Source: Haliotis rubra (Eukaryota). From it: DNA of 64,000 nt. The position numbers and the translations under genes were made by a program. The stretch spans positions 310,001-374,000 of the forward strand of contig NW_025767109.1 of NCBI RefSeq assembly GCF_003918875.1, given 5' to 3'. A model generated the notes under the pieces. The model had not been told where the DNA came from and searched no databases. It saw nothing but the letters and a program-made list of their open reading frames with translations. Shown one piece after another: positions 25,017 through 37,896 of the stretch. The stretch's first letter is position 1. Each line of letters starts with the position of its first letter.

Positions 25017-25140
25017 CATCGCATCATAATTGCGTAGATCGATGCTCATGCATTGATCACTGGATTGTCTGGATTATTTACAGACCGACGCCATATAGCT
25101 TGAATATTGCTGAGTGTGGCGTTAAACTAAACTCGCTCAG
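25017..25140 (+). mobile_element. SINE family 2, 3' part
   Basis: AATTGCGTAGATCGATGCTCATG..TTAAACTAAACTC. Confidence 0.8.
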
Positions 25141-25920
25141 TCCATTTGTAAAGGTACTCCCTCGTCTGCATTACTTAGAACCGTGATGGTGAGAACTGAT
25201 CTTCAGTAACTCATGCTTGTGATAGGTGAAATGGGATGAGGGTGGGCAGTCTCGCTGACTTTGTTGATGAATTTTATTGTATCTTAATTGCTTTGAATTA
25301 AACTCGTGCAGGGCTTTACATATCCTAAATCTCGTAATTTTTTTATCTTATTTTTGAACTGAAAGAAAAATAAAAAGAACTTTGTATTTAACGAACGTTC
25401 CAAGAACCTTAGGCAACGGACGTACACGGACAGTAGTTTGGTGGTTGTCATAAAGACTCGGAAACAAATATATCGAAAATAATCCCCCAAACAAGTGTAT
25501 GGTATGTGGCAGGTCTAGAATTCTGCAGTTTTGAAAATGAAGTGTCTGGGCTCCTGATTATATTATATAATATTCATTAATCTAAGAACTGTTGTTGTTT
25601 TAAAAATATATTCACTACCTCAGTAAGTGCCGATACGAACGTCGCATGTTCGATCTACAAACATATAAAATAATAAAAGATAAAGGTTACAGGGACGCAC
25701 GCACGTACGCACACACACACACACACAGACATGCAGACCACACACACACACATACACACGTTTCGTGCAGGTTGAGATATGAAGACAATGACGGAAGAAT
25801 GGAACAGCCTAATGACGCATTAATAATACTAAGGTACAGAAAGCTGCTTTATATAAATCCGGTGTTTCCATATATTGTGTACATATCAGGGCAATAATGG
25901 CTGAAATATGTATGCTTAAC

Positions 25921-26025
25921 AGAGTGAGTGAGTTTAGTTTTACGACACACTTAGCAATATTCCAGCTATATGGCGGCGGTCTGTAACTATTCAAGTCTGG
26001 ACCAGATAATCCAGTGATCAACAGC
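25921..26025 (-). mobile_element. SINE family 2, 3' fragment
   Basis: Reverse-complement family tail, ATGCTTAACA TSD. Confidence 0.8.
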
Positions 26026-26904
26026 GAATGCTTAACATAAGTATATTTAGTTTTTGTGACTCGTTGACACATTATTTTCACATGAGTGTATTGGCTTTAG
26101 TTTTGAACATGCGTATGTATATGTGCGTGCGCGTGTGCGTTTGGTGCACTCATCCCTCATCCTGGGTCTGTGAAGGTAACGATGGCGTGTCTCTTGTAGA
26201 CGCCTTGGATGAAGATCTGATCAAGCGGCAGTAAAATCCTCCACGCGTTGCCGTGTTTGTTAGATCAAGACAATTTCAAGCCCGCCCTGAAAATGTAAGG
26301 TGCAATAAACTATTAGTGCATATGTTAAGTGCAACTTTGACGACGTTGATACAGAATCTTGGGAGTGAGAGAAATTGGACTTTTACCCTTTAAATCTGAA
26401 GATTAAAAAGGAAGAAAAAACGGGATCTAAAAGGGGAATAACTCTGTGGGACTAATTGGAAAGCGGTTCTCAGGTGATCGATTCCCGGTTCATCATCTGT
26501 GTATATACGGAATAAGGAATGGTGTCCTTTGATGTTGAACTTGTAACAGACGCCTTTGATGAATACAATTTACACCTGAAAGTAGACTTGTTACAATCAA
26601 AGCTGGGCCGGTTAGTGCCGTCCCGACATGGAGAGGCTATTTTTAAAAAGTCACAAGTAGGTTAATCATTTTTTTCTCTTTTGACCTAGAGGCATGATAC
26701 ATGAAAGAAAGCATTGTAATTGCCGTTACTGCTTCTGCTCTAAGTAAATCCTCAACTCATTTCTTCCTCATGTACCGATTCATAGACTTGCCTTTGAATG
26801 AGAGAATTGATCTTAGCCCCCAAAGGCGCAGCATGCTGTATCCCAGCTAAATAACAGTTAAGGTGTGTTGAGTGCGACTATTATATGGAGATATGAACTT
26901 TTTG

Positions 26905-27315
26905 TGGTCGCAGTAGTAGTTTTTGTTGTTGTAGTAGTAGTCGTTGTAGTGGTCGTAGTAGTTGAAGTAGTAGCAGTAGTAGTAGTAGTTGTAATAATTG
27001 TAGCAGTAGTAGTTGAAGTAGTAGATATAGTAGTATATTGTAGTAGCAGTAATAGTTGTAGTAGTATTTTTGTTTTGGTTTGTTGTTTTACGCCGCACTC
27101 AGCAATATTCCAGCTATATGGCGTCTATCTGTAAATAATCGAGTCTGGACCAGACAATCCAGTGATCGACACCATGAGCATCAATCTACGCAACTGGGAT
27201 ACGATGACATGTTTCAACCAAGTCAGCGATCCTGACGTTGCCTCCTACAACAAGCATGGGTTACTGAAGACCAATTCTAACCCGGATATTCACGGGTATG
27301 TGGTAGCAGTAGTAA

Positions 27316-27358
<43 letters not shown>

Positions 27359-27432
27359 GGTGGTAGTAGTAGTATACGATGATATGTATCAACCACGTCA
27401 GTAGTAGTAGTAGTTGTAGTAGTAGTAGTAGG
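26905..27432. repeat. (GTA/GTT)n microsatellite tracts flanking a SINE
   Basis: Tracts at ~26905-27065 and ~27300-27432. Confidence 0.9.
27070..27297 (-). mobile_element. SINE family 2, near full length, no tRNA head
   Basis: Minus strand begins ACCCGTGAATATCCGGGTTAGAATTGGTCTTCAGTAACCC. Confidence 0.85.
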
Positions 27433-28490
27433 ATAGTTAGTAATACTTTATTAAGAACCTTGTATAAAATAGGAAATAAAGAAATTACATTTCGGAAGTT
27501 ACACAATTTTCAGATCACATGTTACAGTAAATCATGAAGATTTAAAATTGCCCCGCACTTCTATTACATTTTGACAGTAAAGGATACAAATTAGAACACA
27601 TGGGCGCCTACTATATGTGACATTTCAGCGGGAGATTCCACGAGGGACTAGCCAGTGCTGGAATAGACCCTCTGGAATTGACGTAGAGGTGTGCACAATG
27701 CATGATGTATGCGCTGTAAGTCGTTCTGTAGCCGCGAGTCTCGCCTTGGTTGCTGCAGAGATTCGTTATTTCCTACTCCATTAGGGCTCAGTTTTTAATC
27801 TTCGCGTTTCATCTTTCGATCGATTTTGTTTTCAGACGGCAACATAAATATTATTTCGCCCCGTCGACTCGAACGTAAACTTACCCGCAATGTCAATTAT
27901 AAAAATAGAATAATTAAGAGTGACGTCCCTTTGAAATGCTGACGTCAAACTGTCCTTTCGCATTTTGTTCGGTAGAAGAAGAAACAATCAGTGCTTAAAG
28001 TGCTTTTTTTTTAAGAAGAAAAAAATCCATTTTGACAGATTGCTTGAATCTTTTTTTTAAAATTCTAATTTTACGGTGTCTATACAGTAAAAAAGAAAGG
28101 CGACGCTTTGTAATTTGACGTTGTACTCCTGTCGTCCTGTTTAACCTTGACATCAACTCGATGGAGTTTTGGGGTTTAAGTTTAATTGTACGGAAAACAC
28201 ATTTTACTTATCTTTTAGTGTTTAAACTATATCTGAGACAGTGCTTGTCATTATTTATGCGGTATATGAACGTGGAATATAGCTTATAAGAACCATTTCG
28301 CAACCATACATTTAAAACAGGACATTGTTCGATGATCTGTTCACACACACATATACACTTCACTTTTTTTCCACGTTCAGTGGAATCTTTTTCTGCGGAC
28401 AGTCGAGACCAACTAGTCTCAGCGGTTAAAGTTTTATATTTCTGTTCAGATGCATCGACTATTCTCTTAAAATGGTTTTGATTATATATA

Positions 28491-28678
28491 CAGTCAAACC
28501 CCTTTGTGTCGAACTCGTCGGCACCAAGGGAAAAGTTTGACTTATCAGAGTGTTTGACACATCCGTCAGCATAGAAATGACCAAGTACCAACACGCTCAA
28601 ACCGACAAAGACCGAGAGATGAGTTCGACACAACTGAGAATTCATCTCACCCGAGTTCGAGACATTGGAGTTCAACTG
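28491..28678. mobile_element. pogo/Tigger-type MITE
   Basis: TA-CAGTCAAACCCC..TGTCGAACTC / GAGTTCGAGACA..GTTCAACTG-TA. Confidence 0.75.
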
Positions 28679-28693
28679 TACTATATTATATTA

Positions 28694-30226
28694 TACTGAG
28701 TCAAAAAAGAAACTTCACATTCTTTCTTCAGGGCACTATAAAAGAACAAGAGATGGTAAGATGGTTAAATTGTTATTATTTCATTGCTGAGATCTGTGTG
28801 ATGTACTCGATACACTGACAGTGCCATAATCAGTTCCATTAGGCTACACCGCCGTTCCAAAACATGGGTATACAGAATGTCAAGTCACAAGAATAAAAAT
28901 GCGAAATTTCTCAGTTCAGTATCGTGTATGGCCGCCCCGTGCATTCACCACTGCCAAACACCGTCTCTTCATCGACTGCCTGATGCTTGTGAACACGTGG
29001 TTGGGGATTCTGCGCCATTGCTCTTGCAAGGCAGCGCCAAGTTCCTGCAAATTCTGAGGTTGGTTCCTAAGACCACGAAGCCTTCTCCCAAAGTGCATCC
29101 CAAACGTGCTCTATTGGATTAAGGTCAGGGGACCTCGATGGCCAGTCCATGACGTTGATTCCAGCGTTTTGAAGGAAATTTCGTGCCAACATCGCGGTAT
29201 GCGGCCGAGCATTATCATGCTGGAACTGTAGATCTGGGCCATGAGCCGCCATGAAAGGAACGAGTTCAGGGGTGAGCACCTGGTCGCGGTAAGCAGCAGC
29301 TGTGAGGTTTCCACGGATGACCAGAAGTCGGGAACGGTTGTTCCCACAGAAAGCACCCCACACCATGCAACTTCCGCCCCCGAATCTGTCGACTTCCTGT
29401 ACACAACATTGGGCATACCGTTGACGACGTCGTCTCCAGACTCTATGCCTGCCGTCCGCGAATCTGAGGGTAAACCTTGATTCATCGCTAAAGACGACTC
29501 GATTCCAGTCTCTCTGGGTCCATCGGAGGTGACGTTGGGCCCACAGCAGACGTTGGCGTTGATGAAACGGCGTCAATATTGGCCCATGACATGGACGTCG
29601 AGAATGGAGATTGGCAGCCCGCAACCGATTTCGAATGGTCTGTGAGGACAGTCGACCTCTAAACATCTCAGCCCTGGTTCGTGTAGCCGGCAGAAATCTG
29701 TCACGTAGGTGACGTAAGACGATTTGACGGTCTTCTGCTCGTGACGTCACACGTGGACGACCCGACCTTGGGCGATCAGAAGTGGTGCCAGTTTGTTGTA
29801 GACGACCTCGCAAGTCATACACAGTACGACGGCTGCATCCCATTGCTCTTGCGACGTCAATAACTGATCTTCCCGCTTGCAACATGCCAACGGCACGTTT
29901 ACGTTGCACATTTGACAATCGTGGCATTTCAAGTACCGTTAGAAGTGTGGTTTAAAAGTGTTTTTTCAATTCTTGAGGCCAATGCAAACACGTGCATATG
30001 AAGAAAACTTCGATGCGAAGATCACGTGATCGACTGCACGTGCAAAACCTGATTTGGCACTAACGTCATTTGCACGACGAATGGATGGGTTTGAGTGGGT
30101 TTTGCTAACGATTCTCTAGAGTCGAAAGATAGGGATCCCATTTCGGATACATAGATGTATGATCAGAGAAAAATTATTCATTATTTTTCAAATTACATTT
30201 TGTGAAGTTTCTTTTTTGACTCAGTA
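28694..30226 (-). mobile_element. Full-length Tc1 DNA transposon
   Basis: Perfect 26-bp TIRs TACTGAGTCAAAAAAGAAACTTCACA, TA TSD, transposase inside. Confidence 0.95.
28916..29927 (-). pseudogene. Tc1 transposase (DD34E) with a single +1 frameshift near 29090
   Basis: HTH MPRLS..GRPRVT, VFSDESRF, QHDNARPH, SPDLNPIEHVW (34 aa between D and E); C-terminus continues in another frame to GGHTRY. Confidence 0.92.
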
Positions 30227-30480
30227 TATTAACCAAGGGCCGTGTGTATGTGCGTTTTCCGACCTCGTTACACTCATACTGGATCACATCAGAACACATC
30301 AAACAACACCATTCGCTACACGCGTCCATTGCATTTCTATGTGAATAATGAAGCGTTCAAGAATCGGAGAGGAACATCAAGATTTGCTGAAAATACTTCA
30401 TCTTAAATTATAGAATTCAGTACTAAACTGGAGAGTTTAGTTTACACATTATTTTCTCTAGTTGGAAAATTACAGTATCT

Positions 30481-30643
30481 GGGGCGTCGGGGTAGCCTAG
30501 TGGATAAGGCATTCGCTCGTCACGCCGAAGACCTGGGTTCGATTCCCCACATGGGTACAATGTGTGAAGTCCATTTCTGGTGTCCCCCGCCGTGGTATTG
30601 TTGGAATATTGCTAAAAGCGGGGTAAAACTAAACTCACTCACT
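30481..30643 (+). mobile_element. SINE family 1, full length
   Basis: A box TAGCCTAGTGG, B box GGTTCGATTCC, family tail. Confidence 0.9.
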
Positions 30644-30865
30644 TACATATGCGATTTATTTTGAGAAGTTCTAATAATATTTCAACCATTATTTACACGT
30701 GACCCGAAGAAGATGATAACTCCAGTATCACAAGTCTACTACACAATGTATGTTATTGTTCATTGTTTTTGTACAGTTTTCCCAAATCATTATTGACAGC
30801 AATAGGTTTGCAGTGTAAAGACAACGAACATCTTGTAATGAGATATGTCGTGTATTAAAGAACCA

Positions 30866-31346
30866 ATAGAGAATACTACACGAGGTCTCATTACATACGA
30901 ATTATACGAAACGAGTGTCCTTACTATGGTATCTGACCATAGATATCATAGGAAGGTCACGGGTTTCGTATAATTCGTATGTAATGAGACCGAGTGTGGT
31001 ATTTTATTTATTACCCACGTCTTACATGCATTAAATTGACAAAATTGCGTATTTTTATTATGTTTTTGGTTTCAAACCGAAACCGGTTTCATAAAGAGGT
31101 TGCGGAAGAGTTTTGTACTGTAGTACAATATTTGCATGTTGTAGAATGAATGAATTCACGTGTTTGTTATGAATGAAAAAACAGTTACGCGTCAGAATGT
31201 GACCTAACTGAGAGGTCATCGGTTATCTAATCAAATCGTTAGAATCTCAGGTCAAGTCGTTACGACACAGGTCAACGTGATACGACACTCATGTGACGTA
31301 CGAGATTAGTATGCAACTACCCATACGTTGACCAAGTGGGTAATAA
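30866..31346. mobile_element. Hairpin element family B (Crypton-like, tentative), internally deleted
   Basis: Near-identical to 37897-38648 apart from a ~260-bp deletion. Confidence 0.7.
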
Positions 31347-31639
31347 AGAGTGTCTGTCACAATCACTTTCAACAAATAAGTTTAAAATTGTGACGTAATC
31401 TTTCCCGACATGCTCAGAACCTCGCTGTACCTGTAGGGCATGCTGTATCGACTTCCGGTTTGGGTACTTAGGGGGTGTCTGTGTGAAGGTGTGCGAAAAA
31501 TAGTTGCAGTTTTGAGTGGTCGGTAAAAAAATAATTTCATGTCATATTTAGGGCCCACATTGCATTTAATACGAGATTAAATTTTACGATACTGTCGTGG
31601 TAGTTCCCTAAACATATTACTTAAGAAGCTCAGTATCAT

Positions 31640-31806
31640 ATATGTGAGAGAGTGTTTGATACGTCGTCTTTAGCAACATCCCAGCAATATCACGGCGGGA
31701 GACACCAGCAATGGGCTTCACACATTGTACCCATGTTGGGAATCGAACCCGGGTCTTCGGTGTGACGAGCGAACGCTTTAACCACTAGGCTACCCTACTG
31801 ACCCCG
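31640..31806 (-). mobile_element. SINE family 1
   Basis: Reverse complement of the family sequence. Confidence 0.88.
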
Positions 31807-32049
31807 GTGTCATATCTACACCAATTTAACGAAACAATAACCAGTACAAGATACCTGTCCGTTACATAAGAACAGTTTTGCATATGTTTATTGCTTAAAG
31901 TTTGAATATTAGTAATTCCTGAAAGGGCAATGCCGTTTTAACGTTTCTCTTTGCTTCTTTGTGGTCGGTCACGGGTTACACGGTGTTATTCTTTTCCTTC
32001 TTTGTAGGTGTCTTTTTTCAGTTTCATTAATAAAAAAATATTGAAAGAT

Positions 32050-32750
32050 TCCGTGATTCATGAATATTTGAATGTTGACTTTAGTAGATGCAACTTCCAG
32101 ATACATCTACGCTTATGTCAGTTACAATGGCCACAATGAAAGCATCGATCGGACCTTATTAAACATTTTCAGCACATGTACAACAAAACTTACTATCACT
32201 AACCATAAGAATACTATAATTCAGAGCCCAGACAAAGACCCTATCTGTATCACAAGTGCTGCAACAGCCTTTGAAGAATGTTAAAAAAATCCGTGTTCGG
32301 TTATATCTTTCTCATTCTTTGTAGATGTTTTTCTCAGTTTCCTTTTCAACAGATAAAACGGAAGTATTCATTCTATGTCACATTCTCAGGAACTGTAGTC
32401 AACAGAATGAAGACAAAAAGCAATTATCTAACCAAGATGTAAGAGGTGCTATCTTGATGCTTGTCGTTCAAACTTAACTCTGACGGAAAGGAAGAGAACT
32501 TGAAAACAGCCTTGATATTTCTACATTGATATACTGAATGGACTCAAAAAACGTTCGTATTGGGATAATTTCACTGATGTACAACCACACAAAATGCATG
32601 CCAAAAACTGGAATTGGCGTCAAAGTCGTAATTACGATGTCGTAAATAACGTCGGTTTCGTTTTCCCTGCAAGACTGCATTGTTCCCCTAGAGTGACAAC
32701 CTTCTAGCCAAGTACGATATTAAAGGTCTCTAAGTTTAAACTTTGTAACA
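32050..32750 (+). repeat. Diverged ~700-bp segment duplicated at ~58430-59140
   Basis: Colinear blocks, e.g. TGCAACTTCCAGATACATC, GGCGTCAAAGTCGTAATTAC, CTGCAAGACTGCATT, AAGTACGATATTA. Confidence 0.8.
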
Positions 32751-33488
32751 CTTTGCTACCCATCAATCATGCTTGGAATGTATTTAAAGTAGATACATGG
32801 ATGGTATTTATAGTGACGTATGGATGGCATTTAAAGTAGATATACAATCAAAATTGGGGTCATGTTTTCTTTTCTGATGAAAGTTCTGTCTGTCTTTTTC
32901 CAAACTGTGCGGAAATTTGTACAACAGATACCGTGAACCCTATTGAGAATGTGTGGGGACTAATGAAGGACAGAATAAACCAAAAGGGACTTAGAAATAT
33001 GGAGGATGAGGATGAAAGAAGTGGTCGAATATTGAGATACACGATTTCCTGCAAACTGTGATTGATAGTGTACCTGGGCGCAATCTGTCGTGTATTGCAG
33101 GGCAAGGAGGTCTCACGAACTACTGAAAAGATACTTAGACTGTATGAAAATCATACCTCAACATATTCATTTAAGTAAAACTGTAGTTCACATACATGTA
33201 CAAAACTTTCTCAATAAGTTCTGGGAATACTATAACAGCACCTTCTCCATGGCAATGGGAGAGGGACAATTCATCCGTTGTTTCATTCCATTTAGTTACA
33301 CATTGTGTTATGCAGCTATAGGTGTGGAAATAGTTCTGTTTCCGTTAATTTGTTCCTTTCAATTATCAAGGGACCACTGACTCATTATTTTCATGTGGAT
33401 ATATTTGATTGCATATATTTGATTTTCAGTCTCAAATATCTACTGAAATACATTAATTAGGTTTGAATGTGTCCTTTCGGCTGTAATA

Positions 33489-33587
33489 TACTCATGCCCA
33501 TAATGGCTGTCACCCCCTCCCTCCCCCACCCCCCACCCCCTCTCCAATAAAAAAATTGAAGGGGTGCAACCATTAATGGCATGAGTA
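33489..33587. mobile_element. Miniature Tc1-like MITE
   Basis: TACTCATGCC..CACCCC / GGGGTG..GGCATGAGTA, TA flanks. Confidence 0.65.
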
Positions 33588-34368
33588 TACTAGAGCAGAG
33601 GAATTCAGTTGGCAAGAAAAAGAAATTATGTCTGATTACATTCGTGCAAGTATATATTTCTACATATTTGTTGACCTCCATCTAAAGATAATGTTATCAG
33701 CATCACATGTCGAGAGGGGGTAATTTGAGCAGATCGGGAGACCATATTCATGAGCCTCTGTAAGTATAGAATCAGAATCTTGAACAGCGTCGGCCTTCTC
33801 TTTTCTGAATGAAAATTTATATAGGTTTCAAAGCGATAAAATGTTAAAAAATATACATTTACGTCAAAACATACATTAGAATTGGACATGCGTAAAATTC
33901 TTCATCGAATTTTACTGCATAGAATGCACATTGCTGTTTTATTCAATGTCATAATTCTTTTTCCATTAGATTTACAGATTTGTCAAGAATGGTGACACGT
34001 AAAATACAGTTAAACTGGGTCTTTCAACAATTGCGACTTTTTAGTTTCACGTATACTCTAGAGGCCTAATCGCGGTGCTGCTAGTTCATGATGTAAAAAG
34101 GGTAATTTCTGTTTATACTTCTGCATCGCCAGCCTTTGATGTCACCATTTCACACAGTACTGACGTACAGCTGCGTATGTTCTTTCTGCAAAGACCCCAG
34201 AGAATACTTTCCAAAGGTTGTTTTAACAGGGTTACAGCATTTAAGCTGTAATAAGGCCTGTAAAACGTTTCACATCAGACATTTAAAACATTTGTCACAT
34301 AACTGATGTTTGGTGCAATTTCCTGAACTTACGTTCCCCTGTTTGTTCTGGTTCATGTTCCACAAAGT

Positions 34369-34602
34369 GACACCCGTGAAGGTCCGGGTTAGAATGAACC
34401 TTCAGTAACCCATGCTTGTCGTAAATCGGGTGGTCAGGCTCGCTGGCTTGGTTGACACATGTCATCGGTTCCCAATTGCGCAGATCGATGGTCATGCTGT
34501 TGATCACTGGATTGTCTGGTCCAGACTGGATTATTTACATACTGTCGCCATATAGCTGGAATATTGCTGAGTGCGGAATAAAACTAAACTCACTCACTCA
34601 CT
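34369..34602 (+). mobile_element. SINE family 2, near full length, no tRNA head
   Basis: Starts GACACCCGTGAAGGTCCGGGTTAG; (CACT)n tail; TSD TCCACAAAGT. Confidence 0.88.
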
Positions 34603-35961
34603 CCACAAAGTTATAGTAGCGATAAGACTAACTCCGATCGTAACTGCAATCGGTCTGTGGAACGGGGCCCTTGACTTTCCTTTGCATGTCTTTGGGACAC
34701 GAGCCATTTGAAAATCTCTCATTTCGCGAACACATGGTATCATCACAGTTTGACAGTGGTTCATAAACACGTGGTTACGATCTGGTCGCAATCGTACAGT
34801 GGGTCATGGAATTAGTGGCGATTTTGTGTTATTCTGGAAAATTTTATGGTTTTGTCGCATTTATTTGAAATATAACAAGCTGATTGTTAGATTGAGGTTT
34901 TGATTTCGACTAAACTGACATCTATCCGAAGAAAAGAAATACAGTTATCTTATTTCTACAAAAACAATATAACATAAGCACAATTTGAAGTAAACTTCCA
35001 AACAGGCCCAGAACAATGCTGTATTTCAGAGTACCAGATTTCTATCCCCATGAAAACAGCATGTTGAATTTTCCACTTTTGTCCGAGACTGACAACAACG
35101 CCGAGAGTTTCTGGACAAATTGGTTTCCAGACTCCCGTGTTACTGAGAAAATACAAGAAGATAGAGAATAGAGAAGCTAAAGAATTGGAATAGTTTATCA
35201 TGACCTACATAAAATATAACGAAACACTTAGTCGATTAGAAGTTCGGTTTCAAATGATATGTAAGGTATCAAGTGTAACACACCCTACAACTAAGATCAA
35301 GGTTGTTTCGTCAGTATTTGTTCAAGAATTAGATTGTACAGACCGTCATCCATCTGTCTCGTATCACGAAGCATCTATGCCAACATCTATGCCAACATCT
35401 ATGACACGCTTCGGCCATGTCAGCGACATGTTGTATCACCAGTGCTCGGTGGCCACTCTTCCCATCGCCATCACTACACGACAGCCGCCATTGCAGACAG
35501 TCGATACATCAAGAACCGGATCTGGGAAATGGCGATGATACCGAGTAAAATGTGTATCCATATCACTGGTATCAATCAGGAACATTTCGTTTTACTTATC
35601 CATCTGTCTCCGCACTTATTCCCTACAAGACACTCATGTCCATTACATCTGTCACTCGACACAACCATCGTTTGTCATTGTAAAACTGAAAACTGGAACT
35701 TGTAGAAGCAGAAGATGGGATTTCAAATAATCTTATTATTGAATCGGATACTATATCCGTCCATTGCACGCCAGGTGAACATCCCGTTTTATCCTTATGG
35801 CAACTCTCGTTATCGCCATAACAACGACGTTACTTCATACCACGCGTCAAGGGAGGACACTCTTATCAGCTTCGACCACCAGCTCAAAGTGAAACGAGCT
35901 TTAAATACCTGATACTTTCTTCATACTCTGTAGACAAATTTCTCTTCTGCCACTGAATATC

Positions 35962-36385
35962 TTTTATTTTTATTTTTTTATTCATCTGTTTTTAGGTACA
36001 AAACCATGACATCAAGTAGCAGTCAAATATAGCCATGCGTTTGTATACAGAGTTTGGCAAGCATATTATAACAAATGACATTGTAGGGAAATGGGTCGGT
36101 TGTCCGTTAGTATTAATCAAACAATTGGTGACAATCAGACCAAAATCCAACAAATTTGGTAAAATTACAAGAAGAGATGGCATGTGTTCTCTCGATATTG
36201 TAAACTTTACTTATTTCATTTCTGATCGTATCGAAACTTGGTGTACAAGAATATATTCGTATTTTAAAAAGAGTAAATTTGACAACTCTTATCAGGAGAT
36301 TAAGGACATCGTTCCTTTTATCAGAGAATCCAAATATGATTTTCTTCTTATCGATATTCAATGTGATATCTGTTTTTGTTCTTAT
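35962..36385 (-). mobile_element. 5'-truncated L1/Tx1-clade LINE (ORF2 C-terminus, 3'UTR, A-rich tail)
   Basis: IIFG..LNLLIRVVKFTLFK..PSF..VYNIER..F..W motif typical of Tx1/L1 ORF2 ends; 12-bp TSD CCACTGAATATC (35950-35961, 36386-36397). Confidence 0.8.
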
Positions 36386-36882
36386 CCACTGAATATCGGT
36401 CTGAGTCATCAATTACACGCTCGGCATTAAGTCCCAAGAATACAGTTACCGTGCCGTTACGGCGCCGATCTTTTGTCTATAGCGATATTTCTCCACAGAT
36501 TAGGACAGAAAAGGTAACACTTTAGCCGAGCTTGCTTCAGTTGACTCTCGCCATCTATTAGGACAATATACATCATATTACACTTCCTGAATAGAGCAGA
36601 GACATTTGTCTCAAATCGGCCATGCTTGTCACTCACTGACAGCCTACACTCCAACGAGTCTGTGTTATCATGTTAGAATCATTCCTGCAATTATCCACGC
36701 TGTGATTGTGTCTACATGTCGATACAATCTACAGAGTGAGATAGCGTGATATCGCGGACATTGCAATACGTTCACCAAATAGAAGGCTGCACTGACGCGG
36801 TATCGACAGGGAACGCTGTCCTCTCCGTGGTCACGAGGCGTGTTTACATGATGTAATTATTCCAGCGTTAGTAGGAACATTA

Positions 36883-37129
36883 GAGTGAGTGAGTGAGTTT
36901 AGTTTTACGCCGCACTCATCAATAATCCAGCTATATGGCGGCGGCCTGTAAATAATCGAGTCTGGACCAGACAACCCAGTGATCAACAGCATTAGCATTG
37001 ATCTACGTAATTGGGATACGATGACATGTGTCATCCAAGTCAGCGAGCCTGACCACCCGATCCCGTTAGTGGTTTCTTAGGACAAACATGGGTTGCTGAA
37101 GATCAATTCTAACCCGGATCTTCACGGGT
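36883..37129 (-). mobile_element. SINE family 2, full length, no tRNA head
   Basis: Minus strand begins ACCCGTGAAGATCCGGGTTAGAATTGATCTTCAGCAACCC..CTAACGGGATCGGG. Confidence 0.9.
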
Positions 37130-37536
37130 AAGTAACATTTGAACATATACTGGAACATTTGTACAGATAGCATCAAACACTGAGTGCTTGTGTCTGCAGC
37201 AACTATTTTGACATTTGCACGATGCTCTACAATGACTTGTGTATAAATTCAATACAATTCCAGATTACTTAAAGCAGAGAGCAACCTCGAGCTTTTCGTA
37301 CCCAGGAGATTTGTTTTGTGTCAGTTTCAGTCTCGGCATTTACATCGCCTCTTTCTGTGGTGTATTCCACAGGCAGATGTTTATAAACCACAAATATTAT
37401 CTGAAGTACGGTATTTGACGGTATTCCCAATGGTAGTGTTCATTCTGCCAAACTATTACGCTATAGCTATACATGAACACAGTACACGGTTGGGCAGAAG
37501 ACTGATATATTATGTGGATACGTGTATATGTATAAG

Positions 37537-37882
37537 AGGATACTAAACGACCTTCCGTGTAATACCAAACTGAATGTTATTAAGCGAGTTAACCATTTGG
37601 TATTAAACGAGCGAAAGAGAGTTAGATACAAAATCTTTCACGAATTTTGTATAAATGGTATTTCACGGAAGCGGGTTTAGCATTCTGTTTATTACTCTCC
37701 AACATAAATTGATATAGAAACTGCCTACAGTGTGATGACTCAGCTATCCGCGTGTCAAGCAAGGTTTAATACCATTATGACAGTGGTATTAGCATTGTGA
37801 CGTCATAACTGTGAACCATTTATGACGTCATATTGCCGTACAAATATTACACTGCAGTATCTTCCACGGGCGAGTAATAAAT
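37537..37882. mobile_element. Hairpin element family A, second copy
   Basis: Colinear with 17571-17900. Confidence 0.7.
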
Positions 37883-37896
37883 TTATGTTAGATATA

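Noticed and set aside
26150-26580. Possible minus-strand exons (FIQGVYK / FIKGVCYK-like peptides after TTTCAG)
   Set aside because: Stops near the acceptors, no clear donors and no recognisable family
26847-27506. Poly-Val, poly-Tyr and poly-Thr ORFs (also 62079, 63248-63835, 15752-16217)
   Set aside because: Translations of trinucleotide microsatellites
34369-34602. Calling SINE family 2 a V-SINE or a canonical HDV/hammerhead ribozyme
   Set aside because: No V-domain GGGTTTCCTCCGGG-type motif; helix order does not fit HDV; no CTGATGA/GAAA hammerhead core
35250-35910. Protein-like minus-strand stretch, possible old pseudogene
   Set aside because: Numerous stops and no motif I can identify
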